DNA from: an uncultured Rhodospirillaceae bacterium
GTDB lineage: Bacteria > Pseudomonadota > Alphaproteobacteria > UBA828
DNA: 64,000 bases
Assembly: GCA_963997635.1 (NCBI GenBank)
Contig: CAXEND010000001.1
Span: 80,005-144,004, forward strand
Direction of reading: 5' to 3'
Within the stretch, counting starts at the first letter, position 1; each line of letters starts with the position of its first letter. Positions 59,418 through 64,000 of the stretch are shown here, piece after piece. A program made the translations under genes and the position numbers. The notes beneath the pieces were generated by a model. That model saw nothing but the letters and a program-made list of their open reading frames with translations, searched no databases and was not told the DNA's origin.

Positions 59418-59637
59418 TGCATATCTCCCTAATAAAAATGTTATATTAGAGTATCGCTGACATTTTTCGATCGTCAACAGCAAGTATTAAAAAGTATCAA
59501 CATTTAGGGTAGTAATTAAATTTATTTTGATGTTTTCTTATGTAAATACGGATTTATTTTGTATAAATTTGTATTTTATCTCTTCATTAGTTTATTGTTC
59601 AATCTTGATGATTAAACTCACTTATTAGGTTGTAATT

Positions 59638-60639
59638 ATGAATTCAGGTAAAATGTATAAAGCCTTTGTTGTCGATTCTAGTGATTCTGGTACAGCTGGA
59701 GCAGTTAAAGAACTTAATCACTCTGATTTGCCTGAAGGTAATGTTACAGTTCGTATTTTATGGTCTAGCCTTAACTATAAAGATGGTTTGGCTATCACTG
59801 GTTTTGCACCAATCATTCGTAATCTTCCCATGACAGCTGGTATTGATTTTGCTGGTATAGTTGAGTCTTCAGATACCTCAGATTTCTTCGTTGGGGAACA
59901 CGTTATATTGACAGGATGGGGGCTTGGTGAGCGACATCCGGGTGGCTTTTCCCAACAAGCAAGAGTAAATAGCGGATGGTTAGAAAGAATTCCTGATGGC
60001 CTTGACGCAAAAACGGCAATGGCATTAGGGACTGCTGGATTTACATCGATGCTATGTGTTCTTGCACTTGAAAGTGCAGGAATAAAACCTGAAAAAGGGC
60101 CAGTTCTCGTTACGGGAGCTGCAGGCGGTGTTGGAAGTATTGCTGTCGCAATTCTTAGTAATCTTGGTTATGAGGTTACTGCAGTTACTGGAAGGCATTC
60201 GGCTTACACTTTTCTTAAAAGTTTAGGTGCTAGTAATATAATTTCCAGAGAAGAGTTATGCTCCAATAATAGAAAACCATTGATGTCTGAGAGGTGGGCA
60301 GGAGCGATTGATCCTGTAGGTGGTGACATCCTAAGCCATATTTTGAGTGAGTTGAAGTATGGGTCAGCTGTTGCCGCATGCGGATTAGCAGGTGGATCTA
60401 AAATTAATACTACAGTCTTACCGTTTATTTTGAGAGGAGTAAGTCTTTTAGGGGTTGATTCCGTAATGTGCCCAAGCTCATTAAGGAGGAATGCATGGGC
60501 AAGACTTGCAACTGACATGCCTAAAAATAAGCTAGAATCAATTACTGTTGTAGAGCCAATGAAAGCATTACCTGACCTTGCTCAAAAAATTTTGAATGGG
60601 CAGATTCAGGGTCGGGTGGTCATCGATGTTAATTCATGA
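59638..60639 (+). CDS. MDR-family NAD(P)H-dependent oxidoreductase, YhdH/AcuI (acrylyl-CoA reductase)-like
   Basis: YhdH-type N-terminus (KAFVV…VTVRILWSSLNYKDGLAITG) and Rossmann motif GAAGGVGS; 333 aa. Confidence 0.7.
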   Translation: MNSGKMYKAFVVDSSDSGTAGAVKELNHSDLPEGNVTVRILWSSLNYKDGLAITGFAPIIRNLPMTAGIDFAGIVESSDTSDFFVGEHVILTGWGLGERHPGGFSQQARVNSGWLERIPDGLDAKTAMALGTAGFTSMLCVLALESAGIKPEKGPVLVTGAAGGVGSIAVAILSNLGYEVTAVTGRHSAYTFLKSLGASNIISREELCSNNRKPLMSERWAGAIDPVGGDILSHILSELKYGSAVAACGLAGGSKINTTVLPFILRGVSLLGVDSVMCPSSLRRNAWARLATDMPKNKLESITVVEPMKALPDLAQKILNGQIQGRVVIDVNS

Positions 60640-60667
60640 TGTGATTATTTTTCAACCAATGAAAATT

Positions 60668-62128
60668 TTATAACGACTTAGAATTTATCACCATCATTTT
60701 TTCTATCTGCATTTCCTGCATTGTATGGTGTATGCCCCCAATCCCTTGTCCTGATTGTTTTAGGCCTGCAAAGGGCATCCAGTCAACTCTAAATGCGGTA
60801 TGATCATTAATCATCACAGCTGAAGCATCAAGTTGTTTATAACAGTAAGTGGCAGTGTCTATATTACCTGTAAATACTGCCGCCTGAAATGCAAACTCTA
60901 GAGAGTTTGAACGTTTAATAGCTTGGTCAATACTTCTGTATGGATAAATGCAAATTACTGGACCAAAAATTTCTTGAGAACTAACTTTTGCCTTAGAAGG
61001 AGGGTTAAATAGCACCGTGGGTGCATAGCACGTTTTAGACAAACGATAGCCTCCAGTTAAAACTTTTGCACCACCATTTACAGCATCTTTGACCCATTCA
61101 TCCACTCTATCAACTTCACGAGGTCTAATTAATGGGCCTATATCAGTTGAAGCTTTCGTGGGATCGCCAACTTTCATAGACTTCGCTTCTTTTGATAGTC
61201 CCTTGGCAAGCTTATCAGCAATTGAATAATGGACAAAAATTCTTTGTACCGATACGCAAACCTGCCCAGCATGATAAAATCCACCTTTTGTAAGTAAGGG
61301 TATAGCCATAGACAAATCTGCATCCTTAGTTACAATTACAGGTGCAACACCTCCATGCTCTAGAGCACACCTTGTCCCTGATGACAATTTTGAGCGTAGA
61401 TACCATCCTACCGGTGCACTGCCAATAAAACTAAAAAAGTCGACTCTTTTGTCTGTTACCAAAGCTGTTGATACATCCCGACCAGCAGTAACTACGGGTT
61501 GACACCATTCGTCAGGAAGACCCGCAGACCTTAAAATTTTTACGAATCTTAGGCATGATAATGGAGTATCTTCACTTGGTTTAACTATTACGGGGCAACC
61601 TGCGGCTATTGCTGGTCCCACTTGGTGAACAATTAGATTAAGTGGGTGGTTAAATGCACTTACTGCCACTACTACTCCAATCGGTTCATGGCTGGTAAAA
61701 GCCATTCGGTTAGTAGAGGAACGAGAAATTCCCATAGGGATTTCTGTTCCGGCTTGTGTGCGGAGTGTTTCAATGCAGAGTTTAACACCATCGATTGCAC
61801 GTGAAACCTCATGGTGAGAATCAACTAATGGTTTGCCTCCTTCTCGGGCACTTTCTCTAGCAAGGTAATCAAATTTTTTTTCCATAATTTTGACAACTCG
61901 TTCCAGGATATCAATTCTTTTCCATGCTGGAATCCATTTTTCTTTATTTTTATATAGACCTTGAGCATTATCTAATGCATGCATAACTGTTTGCATGTCA
62001 GCTCTAGCTGCAGTTCCGATTTTTCTTCTGTTAAAGGGGGAAACTACTTCAACAGATTGAGCATTAGACTTTACTCCTGGCACCATTAAAGGATAATTTT
62101 CAGTCATATTTTTTCTCCCCTGCATCAA
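60668..62128 (-). CDS. Aldehyde dehydrogenase family protein
   Basis: ALDH family size and motifs (catalytic-region FQAAVFTGNID… and NAD-binding glycine motifs); 486 aa. Confidence 0.8.
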   Translation of the reverse strand: MMQGRKNMTENYPLMVPGVKSNAQSVEVVSPFNRRKIGTAARADMQTVMHALDNAQGLYKNKEKWIPAWKRIDILERVVKIMEKKFDYLARESAREGGKPLVDSHHEVSRAIDGVKLCIETLRTQAGTEIPMGISRSSTNRMAFTSHEPIGVVVAVSAFNHPLNLIVHQVGPAIAAGCPVIVKPSEDTPLSCLRFVKILRSAGLPDEWCQPVVTAGRDVSTALVTDKRVDFFSFIGSAPVGWYLRSKLSSGTRCALEHGGVAPVIVTKDADLSMAIPLLTKGGFYHAGQVCVSVQRIFVHYSIADKLAKGLSKEAKSMKVGDPTKASTDIGPLIRPREVDRVDEWVKDAVNGGAKVLTGGYRLSKTCYAPTVLFNPPSKAKVSSQEIFGPVICIYPYRSIDQAIKRSNSLEFAFQAAVFTGNIDTATYCYKQLDASAVMINDHTAFRVDWMPFAGLKQSGQGIGGIHHTMQEMQIEKMMVINSKSL

Positions 62129-62195
62129 GATTTATTTGGTGCTTTAATATTTGTAAGTGTTTTGGATTTAGTAGGTGCAGAGTTACTTAAGCTAA

Positions 62196-62666
62196 TTACC
62201 CAAATTTAATTTTCAAAATTTCGTAACCATGTATACCATTCGGGGTAGTTATCTCTACTGCGTCACCAACTTCTTTGCCAATAAGTGATCGTGCAAGTGG
62301 TGATGCTATGGACAGACGACCTTCATTTACTTCGGCCTCATCTGCACCAACTATCTGGTAGATGCTCTGTTTATCAGTTTCTTCATCTAACAGCGTCACC
62401 GTTGCACCAAACTGAACTCTTTCTCCCTTAAGATTTGATATATCTATCACTTCGGCAAGTGCAATTTTAGTTTCTAATTCACTTACCCTAGCTTCTATCA
62501 TACCCTGTCGTTCTTTTGCTGCATGATATTCTGCATTTTCTGATATATCTCCATGCTCTCGAGCTTCTGCTATTTCTTGAATTACACGAGGACGCTCCTC
62601 TTTTAATCGCAAAAGCTCTTCTTTTAGCCTAGCGTGTCCTTCTGGTGTCATTGGTAGTCGTTGCAT
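62196..62666 (-). CDS. greA: Transcription elongation factor GreA
   Basis: 156 aa; coiled-coil N-terminus with the conserved acidic tip (…DISENAEYHAAKE…); FKBP-like C-terminal domain; greA-carB synteny. Confidence 0.9.
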   Translation of the reverse strand: MQRLPMTPEGHARLKEELLRLKEERPRVIQEIAEAREHGDISENAEYHAAKERQGMIEARVSELETKIALAEVIDISNLKGERVQFGATVTLLDEETDKQSIYQIVGADEAEVNEGRLSIASPLARSLIGKEVGDAVEITTPNGIHGYEILKIKFG

Positions 62667-62842
62667 ATTAATCTTCCAACAGTTTTAATTTAGGTTTCTC
62701 TAATTTGATAGCTTATTTAAGTAATGCCAACTTATTAAAAACAATATCACAGCACTCTGCTATAGCAATGTTACGAGAGAATTTTAATATTTACTTTTTA
62801 TTCTGCTAGAATAGTGATGCTTTAATAAGGTTTCAACGTGTT

Positions 62843-64000
62843 TCAGTAAAGTTGTAAAGGTCTAACACTTAACTCATGACGGTTTAATGCTGTCAGAGCT
62901 TCAGCCATTGCCCGTGAAGCAGCGACTGTTGTAAAATAAGGAAGTTTATATTCTAAAGTTGCACGACGCAGTGTATAGCTGTCGGAAATTGCCTGAGATC
63001 CTTCAACTGTGTTAACTACAATTTGTATATCACCATTTTTTATAGCATCTACACAATGTGGCCGTCCTTCATATACTTTGTTAACAGTCTCGACTCTAAG
63101 ACCTGCAGACTTTAGAGCCTCTGCAGTCCCTTTTGTGGCGAGTAAATTAAAACCAAGGGAATTGAGCTGTTTTGTAACTTTGATAATATCCTTTTTATCC
63201 CTATCACGAACAGAAATAAAAGCTGTTCCACTTACAGGAAGATCCATACCTGCACCTAACTGAGCTTTTGCATAAGCTAAACCAAAATCGCTATCAATTC
63301 CCATTACTTCCCCAGTTGATTTCATTTCTGGCCCTAGGAGTGAATCAACACCGGGAAATCTGGCAAATGGAAACACAGCCTCCTTTACAGCTATATGTTT
63401 AGTTGGTTGTGGAACTAAATCAAATTCTCCAAGTTTTTTTCCTGCCATGACTAAAGAAGCGACTCTTGCAACAGGCATACCTGTTGCCTTTGCAACAAAT
63501 GGAACAGTTCGGCTTGCCCTGGGGTTTACTTCAATAATGAATACTTCTTCATCTTTTACTGCAAATTGAACATTCATTAATCCTTTTACATTCAGAGCTT
63601 TTGCAAGTGCTTCAGTCTGATTGCAAATTTCCCTTATTGTACTCTTATTTAGTGAATATGGTGGAAGTGAGCATGCACTATCCCCGGAATGTATTCCAGC
63701 TTCCTCTATATGCTCCATGATACCAGCAACGTATACAGATTCACCATCAGAGATAGCGTCAACATCTACTTCAATAGCCTCTTGGAGGAAACTATCAATT
63801 AATACTGGACTATCGCCAGAAACTTTTACAGCCTCAGACATATAACGTGAGAGATTCTCTTCGTCAGAGATAATCTCCATAGCTCTGCCGCCAAGTACAT
63901 AAGAAGGCCTTACAACTATAGGATATCCGATCTTTTTAGCTATATCTTTTGCTTCATTTGTGGAGAGGCAGGTGGCATTAGCTGGTTGTTTTAGATTCAA
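62843..64000 (-). CDS. carB: Carbamoyl-phosphate synthase large subunit, C-terminal portion (N-terminal part beyond window end)
   Basis: Second ATP-grasp domain end and MGS-like allosteric domain; C-terminus …[10 protein letters not shown]. The ORF runs to the window edge with no start. Confidence 0.85.
   Translation of the reverse strand: MNLKQPANATCLSTNEAKDIAKKIGYPIVVRPSYVLGGRAMEIISDEENLSRYMSEAVKVSGDSPVLIDSFLQEAIEVDVDAISDGESVYVAGIMEHIEEAGIHSGDSACSLPPYSLNKSTIREICNQTEALAKALNVKGLMNVQFAVKDEEVFIIEVNPRASRTVPFVAKATGMPVARVASLVMAGKKLGEFDLVPQPTKHIAVKEAVFPFARFPGVDSLLGPEMKSTGEVMGIDSDFGLAYAKAQLGAGMDLPVSGTAFISVRDRDKKDIIKVTKQLNSLGFNLLATKGTAEALKSAGLRVETVNKVYEGRPHCVDAIKNGDIQIVVNTVEGSQAISDSYTLRRATLEYKLPYFTTVAASRAMAEALTALNRHELSVRPLQLY

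Noticed and set aside
1-64000. CRISPR arrays, insertion sequences, integrases, prophage genes
   Set aside because: No regularly spaced direct repeats and no transposase, integrase or phage-like ORFs were found on either strand. The tRNA-adjacent gene block lacks flanking repeats.

Overview
AT-rich window (about one-third G+C by eye) carrying housekeeping synteny typical of Alphaproteobacteria: rpmH-rnpA-yidD-yidC-engB-argB, dapD-dapE, argD-argF-hslO and greA-carB. These are interleaved with transporters (YejEF-like ABC, RND efflux pair, TrkH, MFS, tungstate TupBCA, molybdate ModABC), three tRNAs (tandem tRNA-Arg ACG/TCG; tRNA-Gly CCC), a candidate SAM-II-type riboswitch upstream of metZ, and a radical-SAM (possibly ArsS-like) gene. 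The standout region is a tightly packed, translationally coupled 8-gene minus-strand operon at about 45.3-57.5 kb. It encodes a membrane-anchored tetraheme cytochrome c, a cytoplasmic four-cluster [4Fe-4S] protein fused to two cyclic-nucleotide-binding domains, a NarI-like putative di-heme cytochrome b, a membrane-anchored decaheme cytochrome c with a duplicated 4-Cys N-terminal module, a secreted pentaheme cytochrome with a large heme-free acidic domain, an outer-membrane beta-barrel, a membrane-anchored FNR-like/2Fe-2S reductase and a TolC-family channel. That gives 19 CxxCH motifs in total. A CHASE2 sensor nucleotide cyclase is encoded convergently beside it. I interpret this as a candidate cyclic-nucleotide-regulated trans-envelope electron-transfer conduit whose architecture I do not recognise as a described system. 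No CRISPR arrays, transposases or integrases were seen. All coordinates and calls are from manual reading of the sequence and the ORF track; no database searches were possible.
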